A DNA stretch of 64,000 nt from Camelus dromedarius (Eukaryota): assembly GCF_036321535.1 (NCBI RefSeq), contig NC_087447.1, forward strand, positions 51,524,001 to 51,588,000, read 5' to 3'. The notes beneath the pieces are model-generated. The model worked only from the letters and a program-made list of their open reading frames with translations. It was not told where the DNA came from and made no database searches. The position numbers and the translations under genes are program-made. Each line of letters opens with the position of its first letter. The first letter of the stretch is position 1. This document shows positions 13,310 to 27,914 of this stretch, piece after piece.

Positions 13310-13861
13310 TAAATTTTATTTATTTATACTGAAGTATAATTGACCTACAATGCTATGTTAGTTCCAGGTGCACAACATAGTGATTCACTATTTCTATACA
13401 TTATAAAATGATCACCACAATAAGTCTAGTTACCACCTGTCACCATATATTATTGACTATATTCTTCATGCTGTACATTTCATCCCTGTGACTCATTTAT
13501 ATTGTAACTGGAAGTTTGTACCTCTTAATCTCCCTCACCTATTTAACTCATCTCCCCTACTCGCTTCCCCTCTGGCAACTACATATTTGTTCTCTGTATC
13601 TATGAATCTGTTTTTTTTTTGTTTGCTCACTTGTTCTGTATTTTAGACTCCACATATAAGAGAAATCATACAGTACCTGTCTTTCTCTGTCTGACTTATT
13701 TCACTTAGCATAATACCATCTAAGTCCATCCGTATTGTCACAAATGGCAAGATTTCATCCTTTTTATGACTGAGTAATATTCCATCATATATTTATACCA
13801 CATCTTCTTTATCCATTCATCTCTTGATGCACATTTAGGCTGCTTCCGTATCTTGGCTATT
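13310..13861 (-). mobile_element. L1 3' end
   Basis: Antisense L1 3' UTR motifs: tctgtctgacttatttcacttagcataata, tttatccattcatc. Confidence 0.85.
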
Positions 13862-13886
13862 CTAGTTGAGTTTTCTGAGACTTCTG

Positions 13887-13940
13887 ATTTTTTTTTTTTT
13901 TAATGGAGGTACTGGGGATTGAACCCAGGACCTCATGCTG
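13887..13940 (-). mobile_element. 5'-truncated camelid tRNA-derived SINE
   Basis: Poly-T followed by aatggaggtactggggattgaacccaggacctcatgc, the reverse complement of the B-box half. Confidence 0.8.
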
Positions 13941-15921
13941 AGAGCTTTTATTTTTTTAATCATACATAGTGAACTTTGTTAAATGCTTTTTATGCATCAT
14001 TTGAGATGATTACATAGTTTTTCTTCTTTACTCTGTGGTGAAATACATTGATTTTTAAAATATTAAACAAACTTTGGATTTGCTAATGTTTTGTTGAAGA
14101 TTTTCATTAAATGTTTAAAATAGAATTGGCCAATAAATTATATGTGCCTAGAATTTTCTGTGTGGAAAATTTTTAAATTCAATTTCTAACATCTATAGGA
14201 CTATTCAGATTTTGTTTCTTTTTGTATTTTTAATAAGTTGTGTCTTTCAAGAAATTTGTCCATTTCATCTAAGTTGCTACAGGGAAGATTCATGTCACAC
14301 TTAAAATAACAATTACTGTGTACCTACAATGGGCCAGGCACTGGGCTTAAGCATGACAACTCTATGTGGTCATCAGGGTTTGTTCTTTTAAGCTTCAAGA
14401 ACGTTGCTCCCTAGGTTATAGTATTATAATAAAGTGCATTAAATCAGAAGTTAAACATGTTTCTGTTCAAATCCCAACTTTACTACTTAGAAATTGTGTC
14501 ATCTTGGCCAAAGTGTATTTAGTGAGCTTTAGTTTCCTTATCTATAAAACAAGGAGAATGGATGCTTTTGTGTTACTGTTATGCAGATCACCTGGAATAA
14601 CTTCTACAGATGTATTATGAAAAATACAACTATAAACATGTAAGATATTCCAGGATTTAATAAAGAAACTCATATTTGCTCTATCTCCTCTAAACCATCA
14701 GCTTCTAGTCTGAAAAGCCCTCTTTAGTACATTTGTTGTCTTCTTGGTATATTCAGAAGCCCTTATCCTAGACCATCTCTAACTATGATTAGAATGTACC
14801 CCTTCCACAACCATTGCATCAAGGCATACTCCTACTCATACTTCAAGCTGCAGTTAAAACAGCATGTCATCCAATGACAATTTCCCACTCATGTTTATTC
14901 ACTCCAAGATCCTCAACCGTATTTTATCTCACCCTATTGTACCTATTTCCACACGTTCACTAACCTTACCTGACTAAAACTCCTTCAGGGACTACTTGGT
15001 TCATCTCAGTATTTCCGGTGCTTAGTATAGGGCACAGTGTAGAGTCAGGGCTCGTTAAATGCCTGTTGACTGAGTAAAGGATAGAGATAGACAAGTCAGG
15101 GGAGATAGGCTTTGTCTCTGAGCTTCAGTGCTGAGTGAGACCCTTGTGCAGACACATAATAGGTGAAGCCCAGTGGTTAGACTGGTATTTACCAAACTCT
15201 AACTCCTGTATTCCCTTTGCTGAAGTGGAAGCAGTTCAGAAGCCACCATCCTTTCATGTTGGATTAATGTTCATTAAACATCTTACCTTAAATATCCCTG
15301 GGAGAATCTGGGAAGACTTTACAGAGTGATAGGTAGGTTTTAAAGCATCAAAATTTTCCTGGAGTTAAGTGGGAAAGGGGCTCAGAAAAAGGAAACTGTG
15401 GAGATTTCCACATTTTGGCATGGTGTGCCTGTGCTTTCTTCTCCCACCTCATCTCCTTCCACTCCCTCACCTATCACTTACACTCCAGTCATACTGAACT
15501 ACTTGCAGTTCACTGGGTTCTTCTCTCCTCTAAGCCTGAGTTCATGCTGTTCTGCACTTGGTATATAACTTGCTCCCTTGATTTCCTTTAAGCTGGCTAA
15601 CTCCTATTTGTCCTTTAGGTCTGTTTAAATATCACCTCCTCTGGGATGCCTTCCCTAATCGCCTGCCCTGGCTCCCTAGGTCTGAATTAGGTGCTTTTTT
15701 TCTGTGTTCTCACAACACCCTGAACTTACTTCCTTGTAGCACTTGTAAAACTACTGAAATTTCATTTTAGTCTTCTGTATTTTTCACTAGACTTAGAGCT
15801 CCACTAGGGCAGCACTGTATCTTCTGTTACTCCTAGGGCCCAAAGAATGCTTGGCACAGAGTAAACCTCAATTTCTTCAATGAATGAACAGGTGAATGAA
15901 TGAATCTCAGACGAATGCTGA

Positions 15922-16113
<192 letters not shown>

Positions 16114-16467
16114 TGAGCTCCTGGATCTTTACCTTAGAGATATATCCTTCCTTGGAGGTCATCTCTATATATCATGCACCCTCACTTGGCTGAGCCAGTG
16201 GATGGCCCAGGATAAAACAGTGACTCTTCCTTATGATAAGGGTTGGAATCTCCAGTCTCTATCTAACCATAGGCCTGTGTTGTTTCAACTATTTTTCAGA
16301 AATTCCTCAATCCTGGAATTTCTCAATTCTACAGCTATCAATATTTGGCTCTTTACATATTTATAGTATTTTCCATTTTTACAGTACTTTTAATTTTTTT
16401 TTCCTTGGGCACATTCAAGTTAAGCTTTTTTTTTCCCCTTTCAGGAAAAAAAAAAAAAAAAAAGATT

Positions 16468-16611
16468 GGGGGAAAGGTATAGCTCAAATGGTAGAGTGCA
16501 TGCTTAGCATGCACGATGTCTTATGTTCAATCCCCAGTACCTCCTCTAAAATAAAACCTAATTACCTTTCCCACCCCCACCAAAATAAAATAATAATGAT
16601 AATTAAATAAT
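16468..16611 (+). mobile_element. tRNA-Ala-derived camelid SINE
   Basis: Same head and body as the 2454 copy. TSD AAAAAGATT on both sides. Confidence 0.9.
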
Positions 16612-18026
16612 AAAAAGATTATTTTATTTACTTATAGAAATAATACATGCTTATTGTAAAAGAGTCAAAGTAGAAATCTAGAATTTAAAAGGTATAAGAT
16701 TTCCCTCTCCCAGTCTCCACATTTTATCTGTAACTGCTCCAGTTCTGTGCATCTGCAAATGTATATACACTTAACACATACTGATATATATGTTTTTACA
16801 TAAATATTTTACATAAATAGGCTCACACTATACATATTGCTCTGTAACTTTTTATTCAGTTACATTATTGCATTGTGGACAGCCCTTCACATAAGTATAT
16901 AGAGGTCTACATCCTTCTTCCCTTTATATAGATGTCCTAAAATCCAGTTCCCTACTGATGAAGGTGCCCTTATTTATTTATATTTTTTTAGTTTAACCTA
17001 GTTTTTTCCTCCATTAAAATAATTTCTATCTGTAAGGCTACTGTTACATTACAAAATTGTTCAAACATATAAAAAAGTAATATAGGGCATTCTGAAAAAC
17101 ACTTCACTCAGAGTTCTTTCTGACGAGGCAGAGTCTAATTAAAATCTATTTAAAATAATATTCAGGACAAGCCAGAGTTGAGAAAATATCCAATAATAGC
17201 TGCCACTATTGAGAATCTTTTATACAAATTCATTTACAAATATTTACTCAAGCACCTTCTATAGATCAGACATTATTCTAGGCTCTGGAGACAAGATAAA
17301 CAAGACAAACAAGGGGTTCGAGGCCCTCATGGATAATAAAAACAGAAAATTTCAGATTGTAATAAATGCTGTGAAGAAAATGGTGACTTAAGAGGAGCTT
17401 CTCTAAAATGGGGTGGTCAAGAAAGGCCTTTCTGAGAAGACATTTGAGCTACAGTATACATACATTCATTAGTTTCATCCTCAAACCAACCCTGTGATTT
17501 TAAGCATTATTATCTCCATTTTATAGGGGTGGAAATTCTGGTTGAGAGACTTTAAATAGCTGTCCTAAGGTCTGTGGGTTAGTACATGGCAAAGTTAGAA
17601 TTTAGACTCAGGTTGGACTGACTCAAAACATTGAACACTTACATGCTAGAGATTTTACATACCTTAGCTGAATTAGTACTACCAATCCTGTGAGCTAGGT
17701 ATTATTATCCCTATGTATAGACATGAAAACAACGGCTCAGAAAATTTAGGTCACTTACCCAAAGTCACACTGCTAGTAAAGACTTAAATTCACCACTGAC
17801 TCCAAAATCCATGCTCTTTACAGTTTCCATTTCACCTGAGCTGTATGCACACATTTTATGATACTCTGTCAACTTCTTATAAGCCTTTTTAACTTCTTGG
17901 GGCTCACTGCCAAATTCTGGACTGGTGACACACTGGGTGATTGAGGAGACAGTTGTCACTGTCCAATTCTCTAGAATAGATCTGCCCTATGGCAGGAAAG
18001 GAAACCCTGGCAGCCTTTCCCCTTAA

Positions 18027-18194
<168 letters not shown>

Positions 18195-18208
18195 TGGAGA
18201 CTTAAGAG

Positions 18209-18214
18209 AATAAA
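18209..18214 (+). terminator. AAMDC polyadenylation signal
   Basis: AATAAA begins 14 nt after the stop codon. Confidence 0.7.
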
Positions 18215-21200
18215 TCACTAAGCAGTGATGCCTGTGACTATCACTCTTACCGCGTCCATACCAGCCTCCACAAGCATTTCTGAACAGGTCCTGTGCTAGG
18301 CTTTGGGATACATGGATGACTTAGGCAAGGTGCCTGTCCTAGGGCGGATGTGGGGAAATGGCTCAAAATCAGGGGAGGAGACAGATGTTTACCAAAGTTT
18401 AATATTGTGGTAAATGGTAGGCCAGAAGTAAGCACAAATAAAGGCAAAAATGAAGACAGCCTTCTGCTTTGAAGTTTGAAGGCCAAAGAAAAGTTTCAGT
18501 GCATTAAAATCACATTACAATTGATTCTTAGGAATGTTTAACCAACAATTCAACCAATTTTTATTAAGTACCTTATATGCCAGGCACTGCTACAGGCTCC
18601 AGAGAAGCAGCAGTAAAAGTCTTGTCCTCTTGAAGCGTATATTGTAGTGGGTAAAATAAACAAGTAAACAAATAAATACATAATGTAAGTAGAATCTGTT
18701 ATGAAGAAAAATAAAGAAGAAGAGTGATGGGGGCTACTTCAGATATGTGGTCAGGGAAAGTCTGTGCAATGACATACAAGCAGCGCCCTGAATGAACTGA
18801 GGGAGCACTTCAGTAACAGTCAAAGGAGCTATGCCTTGATATGTGGGATCTAGGCAGGCCGTCCTGCTAACTAAACCTGAGCCTTGCTAGACAGTTCTCT
18901 CTGGGCCTCAGATTCCCTCATGATAAAATGATGGGGCTAGACTAGATGCCTCTGAAGGGTTCCTACTGGCAGAGATAGTCTTTGTTCTATTAAACCAGGT
19001 GGCTTTTATGAAGCCTCACAATAGACTGATGGAACTTTAACAGTTATCAGTATTACCTTATTTTTTCCTCTTTAAAGAGTTATGAATATGGGCTTTGACG
19101 TCAAATAGCCTTGACTTTGAACTACAGCTTTCTGCCACTCACTGATTGGGCATTTAATCTCTCAGTTTCACTGTTCTCATTGGTCAGATTGGGATAGTAT
19201 TAGTACCTGGAGTTATCACAGGTATTAAACAGGGTAATTCATAGAAAGTCTTACTAGCACACTACCTGCCATGTAGTAAGTCGATAAATTGAAACCATTG
19301 TCATTATCTTTCTACTAATGGGGCTGCTGTGTAAAGCCAACTAGTTTCATTTTATGGTTCTTAATATAGCAGCTTATTATTTCACAGATTCATAGGATGT
19401 TGGAACCCAAAGGAACTATCTATTCTCTCACTCATTATTCAGTAATTCTCTTTCATACTCATTTACTGAGAGTCTCTTACTAATATTCTTAATGACCAGT
19501 TATTGCTGGGCCCTGGGGGTACAGAAATGAATGTTATAGTTCCTGCCCTCAGAAGTTATGTGAGTGGGAGAGAGACAAATAAACAAGAAAATAATGATAC
19601 AGTGTGTTAACATTCTAATAGTTATATCAGGTCTAGTGGCGGCACAAAGGGTGAACTAACTTATCCTACCAGAATGGAAGGAAAATTAGGGAAGACATCC
19701 CTAAGGACATGACACAAGTCTTAAAGAATGAGATGAGATTCATTTATTCACCAAATATTTGGCAACTCTTTACCTAGACATTTATTAGGCATACTATCTA
19801 TCATGGCCATAGCTAAAGTTGCTCCACTCCAGTCCTGTTGAAGCCACAGACAGAAAGCTGATTTTTGCTCCACGTGATCCCATCACCTGATTGGCCCCAC
19901 GTAGGATCTGACCTAATTGCAGGCAATCCACAGACTGAACAGCAACTTAAGATGTGGATTGACAAGAAAAATTAAGCTAAGGCCATCAGAATGGAAAGTG
20001 ATCTTTCCAGGTTTACCCAGCAAGAATGCGGAAAATGCAGGATTAGAACCTAGGATTAGATGTTGTGTCTTGATCTCTTTCTACCACTTCCTTAGGAGGC
20101 CCATAGGCGAAAAATCCTCACAGACCTGACACTCAACCTAGAGGTCTGAGAAGGCCCTGCTCAGTGCCCTTTCTGCAACCAGCCACTTGTCAGATGATAG
20201 GATCTTTCTAGATCTCAGTTCCCTCATAAAGCCAGACACTTATAGCCAGGAGGGATGTTCGATAAAATTCAGACTGTTTCTCTGATGCAATAAAAAAAAT
20301 TTTGTCAAATATAAGATAAGACAGCTCCAGTGGGTGTTGAATTAGGTGTGGGTATAATCAGTGTTCCTAAGTGAGCTGTCTCTACATTAAAGAGAACTTA
20401 GTGCAAACTTCTTAGAGACCAAATTGACAGTGAAGTTACTAAACTTTGTATAGAACCTGCTAATAAATACCCCTACTTCTGAATCTGTTGTACCTGGCCA
20501 GTGCTAGAAATATGCAGCCTTGGGAGAAGGTATTTTTCTGTGACACTAGTCCCATGCCTTAATCATTAAACATTGATTCAATTTGTAAGTTGCTTGCCCA
20601 GCCCTCACTCTGCCCATACTTAATTTCTTCTAGCTTAAGCGGTTCCTAAGACAAGAAGTCTGCCAACTGCTAGGTGTGTACCTTCTCCATAATTCTGTTT
20701 CCTGAGGTCAATCATGTCAAAGCCAAATACAAAGTCCTTTCAGAAACTTGACTCTCAGGGCTGGCTTTTGCAGGCAAGCCACAGTACTGCTAAATTTGCT
20801 CTAGATTCATGGACTCATTCACTCTTTCCTTGCCTGGTATGTGCCAGGAGCTGTGCTGTGGAAACAACACAGATATTCTTACTGTCCAGCTATTCACAGA
20901 TTGGTTGGAAGAAACAGACATGTAAACACACGGTGATGGTGCAGAAGTTGCAAACGGGCACAAATCTACCTGAAGACACGTTTTGTCTCAGAATTTACTT
21001 TTACTTTAGTTACCAAAATTTTTAAAGTGTGTATTTTTTACATGAAAATGCAGATTTCTGGCTTTTCTGGAAGAATCAGCTTTAACATTACCAGGCTCAT
21101 ACTTAATACAACTTAAGTGGAGCTGAATAGCAACTGTCTTCTGAGAGAGACTACACTGATTTTTCAGTCTCTATTATTGTCCTCCAGACCACTTGACCCC

Positions 21201-23371
21201 TTTTTTTTCCTGCCTACCTGCTTCAGGGGATTACATTTGTAAACCTGTAGAAAATACAATGCTTGAGGGATGTAAAGGAGGCTGTGGGAACATAGAGGCA
21301 ATGCACCAAGCCCATAGGAGACACAGGTTCCAGAATGAGGCTCAGTCCTAAAGTATGAAAAGAAAGGAACCACAGGAGACAATCTGAAGAGCATATTCCA
21401 GAAGGTGCAAAGGTGTGAGGCAAGTGAGAGCATGGTGAGAACTGGGAATAACTACAGATAATCCTCTACAGCCAGAGCAGCACAGAGACTGTTTGGGACA
21501 GGGAGTATGAGGATGGAGAGGACAGCAGGGACATGAAAAAACCCTGCTTGGGGCCAGAAGTGACCCACTTAAAGAGGTGAAAGCAGGGGAATGGAGGGAT
21601 CAGATCTGAGTTTTAGAAAGATGACTCTGTCAGCTGTGTGAGGAGTGAACTAAAAGGGGCAAGATTTCAGGCAAGGAGCTCATTAGGAAGCTAATCCCAT
21701 ACTTTAGAAGAGATGATGATGGCTGCATCAAGCCAGAAGCAGTGAGTATACCGAGGAGAGGACTGAGTCAAGAAACACTTAAGGAAGTGGAATCTAAAGG
21801 ACTTGATGACTGGTTTTACATAAGGGGTAAGGATAGAGTCAAATGGGACACAGTTTCTGGCTTTGATGAGGTACACGGTGGACCACTGAAAAAGACATGA
21901 AAACCATTTTAGACTAAGAATCAAGAGGCCTGGGTTCCAGACTTGGCTTCCACTAACTCAGTCTTTTTGGGCTTGCACATTCACTTGTAAAATGAGGGTG
22001 CAACACTGAAGCCATCTTTATGCTCCCTTCCAGGTCTCTGTAATATAGTCATTTTTTTCACTTCAGTGAAAAAGTGTGAAACCAGGTGCAGAAAACTCAA
22101 TTCTTATATTTCACAGAGAATTTAAAATTTGAGTCCATCCCCTCATATGATACTTGAATTCCTTTACAACAAACTTGTCAGGAGCATGTTCAACTTCTGC
22201 TTGAACACATCCAGCATGGACAATTCCTTGTCTCCTAATGTAGCCTATTCAATTATGCAGTTTTAAAAAACTCATCTTGATACTAAGGCAAAGTCTGTCA
22301 TCTTTGGGGGAAAAGTACTGTATTTTAGGTTTTAAGACCTAGGATCAAATCCTGGCCTTGCCCCTTAGGAGGAAGACATTATCTCAAAGCCTCAGTTTCC
22401 CTACGTGTAAAATGGGGAATAACCAAGAAGGATTTTTATTAAAGAGGTAGTGTATCTGAAAAGGATCCAGCATATTCTTCCCTTGGAAGGCATTCTATAG
22501 CTATGGCATGAAGGGCTCAATTAGCAGCCATGCGTCTTGATGTTTTCATTTGTGCTCCAACCCAGCAGTCATTAGGTGCTTGTATCTGGGCCATGGTATG
22601 ATTCAGCCTGGCTTCAAGCTTCATTTTATCTACAAGCAGATTTTTTTAGGGCACCTTGTTGACACACAAGAACCCACTGATGGCACATCTTGAGATATTC
22701 AAAATATGTGAGCACACTTGAAAAGCAAGCTCCCTGCAAGTAATCTTCTTCCCTTAGTCCTTCTAGAGCAGTTATGATCTCCTTGAGGCAGACTGCCTGG
22801 GTTCACCTCCCACCTCTGTCATTTACTAGTTGTGTGACCCAGGCCAGCGAAGTAGCTCCAACACTGGAGTCATCAGAGAAGTAGTGGGAAATGACTATTT
22901 CTTACACCGGATCCCTCTTTCCCATAATCTTGTTTTTTAGGGTTTTTTCCCCCTAAAATATGGCCCTTCTCTATTATTTTGGTTCTAAGGATAATGATAG
23001 GCAAGATCAAGAATTTCCCTCAGGGATGAAAATGATTCATTCTTCAGCTATTCATTCAGTCCTTGGCCCAGCTATTGTCTGAGCTGGGGAAGGAGACGCT
23101 CGGTAAGATAACAAGTATCTAGGGCCATTCAGGAACTCTGGATGGTGGAAAAGTACAGCTGTGAAAATTGCTTTGGAGTTGGCCCTGGCAAACAGACTAC
23201 TGCTTTAAGAAGTGAGATTATGGCTCCAATAACTGGTTCTTTGGAAGTGGCCAGAAAATTGGATCTTTGTTTCACACCTGAAGAATGTAAGCATGTGGTA
23301 TAAATGTTGAATCTATAGCCACACAAATTTGTTTAAGGTCAGGAACTAGAATAGCCTGGTCTTCTCTCAAC

Positions 23372-23377
23372 TTTATT
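23372..23377 (-). terminator. INTS4 polyadenylation signal
   Basis: First AATAAA on - (tttatt on +), about 233 nt past the INTS4 stop. U/GU-rich sequence (tttgtgtgg) lies further downstream. Confidence 0.75.
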
Positions 23378-23610
23378 GGAGGCAGAGCTGGTGGGGTAGA
23401 TGGTGGGGTAGGGGTGGGATTGACCTGAAGGTTTTTGTTTTCTTAATGCAAAATAATTTACCCAATGTTTGATACCAGATGAGACTATAAGGGTCACATG
23501 TTCCTCCTTATGCCTGTATTACCATTTCCAGGTGAAATGCTCTAGGCTTCCGGCTCACTCTGATCCCAAGAAGGGCCTTCTCGCACACGGCTGTAAAGAC
23601 TGCTTGTGAC

Positions 23611-23789
23611 TCAGCGCCTTGCGGGCTTGGGCATTATGTACACTTTTACGGACTTGCTTAAGGGAATGGTGCCCTCAATGCTGGTTTCCACCTGGGGTGC
23701 CATCTCTCCACCCTCAATCCAAAGGGATTTTGGAATGCGTGAACTGGAGTTGTAGGCCAGCAGCAGTCTCACTTCGACCTGGCATGGTT
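23611..23789 (-). CDS. INTS4: Integrator complex subunit 4, last coding exon (about exon 23)
   Basis: Poly-T tract then cctag|AA CCA TGC. Encodes (E)PCQVEVRLLLAYNSS...KVYIMPKPARR*, 179 nt, the INTS4 C-terminus. Confidence 0.97.
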
Positions 23790-25943
23790 CTAGGAAAAAA
23801 AAAAATCCTCTATGACTGGGTAATGCCTGGTAATTGGGATGAAATGTCAAATTAAGCAACATCAAAGATGGAAGCAGTAGGGTTTCAGGAACATTTCTTC
23901 GTCTGTCTGCATCCCTCCTCTCCCCACTTAGCAAACAAAACCACTTTCCCAGCCTGAATCCTATGAGGCTGTTCCTAGGCCTGCAGATGTGCTGCTGCTT
24001 CTCTGCCACCACTGATTCCTCCTCGGGTCTCTTGGGCTCCCTGCAGCCAGAGCCATGGCTGCTGAAATGGTCAGAGAGCAAGCTAAAAGACCTCCTTCAA
24101 CAGAGGCCTTCCAGCCTCAAGACAGAGGTCCATGCGTGTGGCTGATTCTTGTGCCCAGATAATCATGCTCTTTTTGTCCAGCTGATCTCAGGCCTCAGGG
24201 CTGTATGCACAGAGGACTCAACTGCATTAGTGGAAAAGAACCCTTTCATTAGGAAAAATTCTGACAAAAAACTCTCACTACAAACAGGAACATGTTTCAG
24301 GGATCTAAAATCACGTCCCCGGACCTTCCATTCTCTCATGACATGAAATTACTAAACTGATCTGGTGTCTGCAGGTAGCAGGCCCCAGCAAAAATAAAAA
24401 AGACCTCCCTCAAGTTGCTGACTGGTTGAGGAGGTAGAGACAGTTGCAGTGGAGACTTAAGTGCACACTTGAGTCTGGAAGAAGTATTAAGGAGGGAGCC
24501 CAGGAAAGCTTTGGAATAGAACACCCACTCTGTGCTAAGCATACAACCCTAAGAGTTCGTACCCCACCATACCATGAAAGGAAGACTGTCATAATCCCAA
24601 AAAAGTCCCAAGGCTCTGAGAAAGTCTAAGTGACTGCCCAAATCCACACCAGTGACAGAATTTGAGTTCAGTTCAGAAACTGAAGCAATTAATCTTTCTA
24701 TTAACCATGTGGCTTCAAAGAAAAGGGAGAGGATTTCAGAAAAACCTAAGGGCAATTGCAAAGGCAAAGAACAATGCAAGCTTGGCTGTCGTTGATTTCG
24801 TGTGACTGGGTAATCCCCTTAATTTCGTGAAGGGGGCAAGCATTAAAGATGAGCTCAAGGCTAAGAAGTTTAAAAGCCAGGAAAGAGGACTGGATGGATC
24901 AAAATCAATAAGGGCAGAGGTCCCAGGACTTAGCAATGAGTCCCCAGACATCTTCCTGGTTACTTTCAGACTTCCCCCTAGGGATCAGAACAGAGAGTAG
25001 ATTGTTGTCCTCCAGAGAAAGAGAAAGGTGTGCAGGCAGCCACAGTAACCCAGCCAACCGCAGAGGGCAGTGCCAGCATCACCATTTAATATGGGGCCTT
25101 ATACCAACCTTGAGTGTGTCTGTGATGAAATTAGCAATGCCCTCTGGTACCAGGCTCCAGTATCAGCTCTCCCACTATGCTCTCTTCTTTTGCCCTAGAT
25201 GGCTATTGCAAATCCCCAACCACAACTCAGCCCTGGCTCTCACAGCACTTTCAGTAACCAATCCCTGGTAAGGTCAGAGGACTAAATCCCACATGGTCAT
25301 CATGGTCATTATCTTCCCTCACCAGCATGTGGGAAGAATGGCAATTCAAGCCACTGCCATTAGAGGAAGGGAGCAGGGAGAGAAAACAAGAGGAAGGGGA
25401 CAGTAGGAGAAAGAGACGAAAGATCATCTGGGACAAATCATGCAACCTACTTATCATGCCTGGAAGAATACATCTTTATGAGGTATATATTCTTTTTTTT
25501 TTAATACCCTCTCCCATTTTAAAGGTAAGGAAAATGAGACAGGGAGGTAAAATAACTCTCTCAGGATCACACAGCAAGCCAGGGAGAATTTGGAAACTCA
25601 TCTATGTGACTCAAAAACTCTGACTTGATAGCATCCTGTCTTCCAGAGGAGAGGCTCTTGGTAGGGAGCTGAGGGACTAGTTGGAGAAGCCCCTTACCAA
25701 TATCAGGCCCCATCTCCTGGATCAGGAGAAAGAAGGTGCCGGCACATTCAGAATAAGAACACATCTCACTTTAGTGTCCCAAGTCAGACAGGAGAATGGT
25801 ATAGTGAAAAAACAAGGGATTTAGGAGTTAGGAAAACTGAGTGCCAGCTTCAGTGCCCTCACTGATCAGCTACATGGACCACTTATGCAACTATAAAATG
25901 AAGATCAGAAAACTAACTCCCACCACAAAGCTGTCTACAGATT

Positions 25944-26032
25944 TTTTTTTTTTTTTGAGGTTGTGACCTGTCTGGTTGATTTTTTTTAACATTTTTTATT
26001 GATTTATAATCATTTTAAAATGTTGTGTCAAA
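25944..26032 (-). mobile_element. Ultra-short L1 3' end with 23-nt extra segment
   Basis: Perfect 12-bp TSD TGTCTACAGATT at 25932-25943 and 26033-26044. Two T tracts. Confidence 0.85.
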
Positions 26033-26825
26033 TGTCTACAGATTAAATGAATTTTAATTGCAAATTTTAAACCCTATATTCAATTTTCATTATTTGTTGA
26101 GCACCTACTATATATCAGGCACTAGGGACACAGGATATAGTGGTACTGGGGACACAGAGGTAAAGATTCCCTCTCTCATGAAGCCTACTTTCTAATTGGA
26201 GACAAAGTCAGTAAACAAATGAGAAAGCATCTGACACTAGCAAGTATTGCATGGAAAATTAAAATAGAGATTTGTGATAGTGACTGGGTAGCAACCTCTC
26301 AGAGATGATTCTGGATGAATTACAATTCTTCAGGCTCAGGAAAGCCCAGATTATAGGCCTGGTTCAGGCAATGAACTGCTGTGTAACCAAGGGCAAATCA
26401 ATATGCCCCTCAAGACCTTTCAAGCTTTTCTGAGCTCTAACATGCTGTTCTGCCTCCCTCAGCCTTGGCCCTTGCAAAACAGTGCTGACCCACAGCATTT
26501 CTTGCCCCGTTTTTAGGATCCCTTCATCAGAAGAGACTAGAATAAGGAACTCTACCTTCCTGTGGAGTTGCACTATGATAAACAGTGTAGGACGTTCCAG
26601 GCAGCAAGAATATGGACCGAGGGATGCTCAGGGAGTCAGATTCTGGGCAAAAGCAACACTGGATGCTCTCTCCATTGTGCCAGGCCCATTGGACCCCCCG
26701 AAGGGGCCGCCCTGACATTGAACAGCACGACTTCCTCTTTGTGAGAACTTTATAAAGTCATCCATACCCACTTAACACCCCTGAGACAAGAAAACCATTA
26801 ATAATGGCAATAAATAGTTACTCAT

Positions 26826-27005
26826 GGGGAAGGGTATAGCTCAGTGGTTAGAGCACACGCTTAGAATGCACAAGGTTCTGGGTTCAATCTCCAGTACCTC
26901 CATTAAATAAGTAAATAAACTTAATTACCACTCCCCTAAGAAAAAAGCACAGCACAAGTGGAGTATTAAAAAAAAAAACTGTGAGATCTCTAAAAAAGAG
27001 AAAAA
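26826..27005 (+). mobile_element. tRNA-Ala-derived camelid SINE
   Basis: Same head. TSD AAATAGTTACTCAT(G) at about 26812 and 27006. Confidence 0.9.
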
Positions 27006-27914
27006 AAATAGTTACTCATGTATTCAAAAACACAATGAAGGAAAATTCCAGAAGGCATCCACCTATTTCTAAACTAAACCAAATTTGGTGATATTAACCA
27101 CCTTCTCCAATAACAACCATGCCTCTGAATCATCTTCAATGATTTAGGCAACACCACTAAGGCCAACTCTCCCCCACATTTTAGGTTCTGCAGACTGAAT
27201 CTGTTTTTAAAGTTTCCAAAGCAGCCTTATAGGTTTGAAATGTAATGTCATTTGCACTTGTATTCTCCCATTTTACTCTTACGAATTTAAGAAAAATACT
27301 TATGTAACCTCCATATCTTTTCTCAAATTATTGAGGTTCTACTCAGTTGCTGTACAGGAAGGGAAAAGTATGAATAGGTCGTCTTTGCATTACCCCACAA
27401 ACCAGCCCATGTGGGAAGGCAGGGCAGTAACAGTTGTCATTTTACTTGTTTTGGGGGAATGAACCGAACTGTTCATACACAAAGAGAGTGATTTTAAATT
27501 TTGGTAAGAAATATAAAACTGATTAATTTCTAGACATAGTAGTCCTCAGAACTAAATAGCAGATTGAGAATTATCTTCATTTTCAAAGTGAGTAAACAGT
27601 TCCAGAAGGAAGTGTGGCTTGTCCAAGATTATGCAGCAAGTCAATGGCAGAGTTAGGATAAGAACATAGTCTCCTGGTGTTCATCCCAGGGTTCTTTCCA
27701 TGAGACTCCATTCTATCATAATTTCCTTTTAATCTTCTGAAAAAATCTTGTGCCTTGTGCAATCAAAGCAATACAGCAAATTAGTCTAAATGTATCTAGC
27801 TTGCACTTCTAAGTTCCTTAAGAAATTAAGTTCAACCCTAAGTAGGCCTGGTTCAATCATGTATTATTTCTCAAACCACAAAAAAACAAATGCCTTGGCC
27901 CACTGACTCCTTAC

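Noticed and set aside
16233..16610. 125-aa ORF
   Set aside because: It runs through a poly-A tract and a SINE, so it is a chance ORF.
23790..24081. N-terminal extension of the 156-aa minus-strand ORF
   Set aside because: Intronic sequence upstream of the clear acceptor at 23790/23789.
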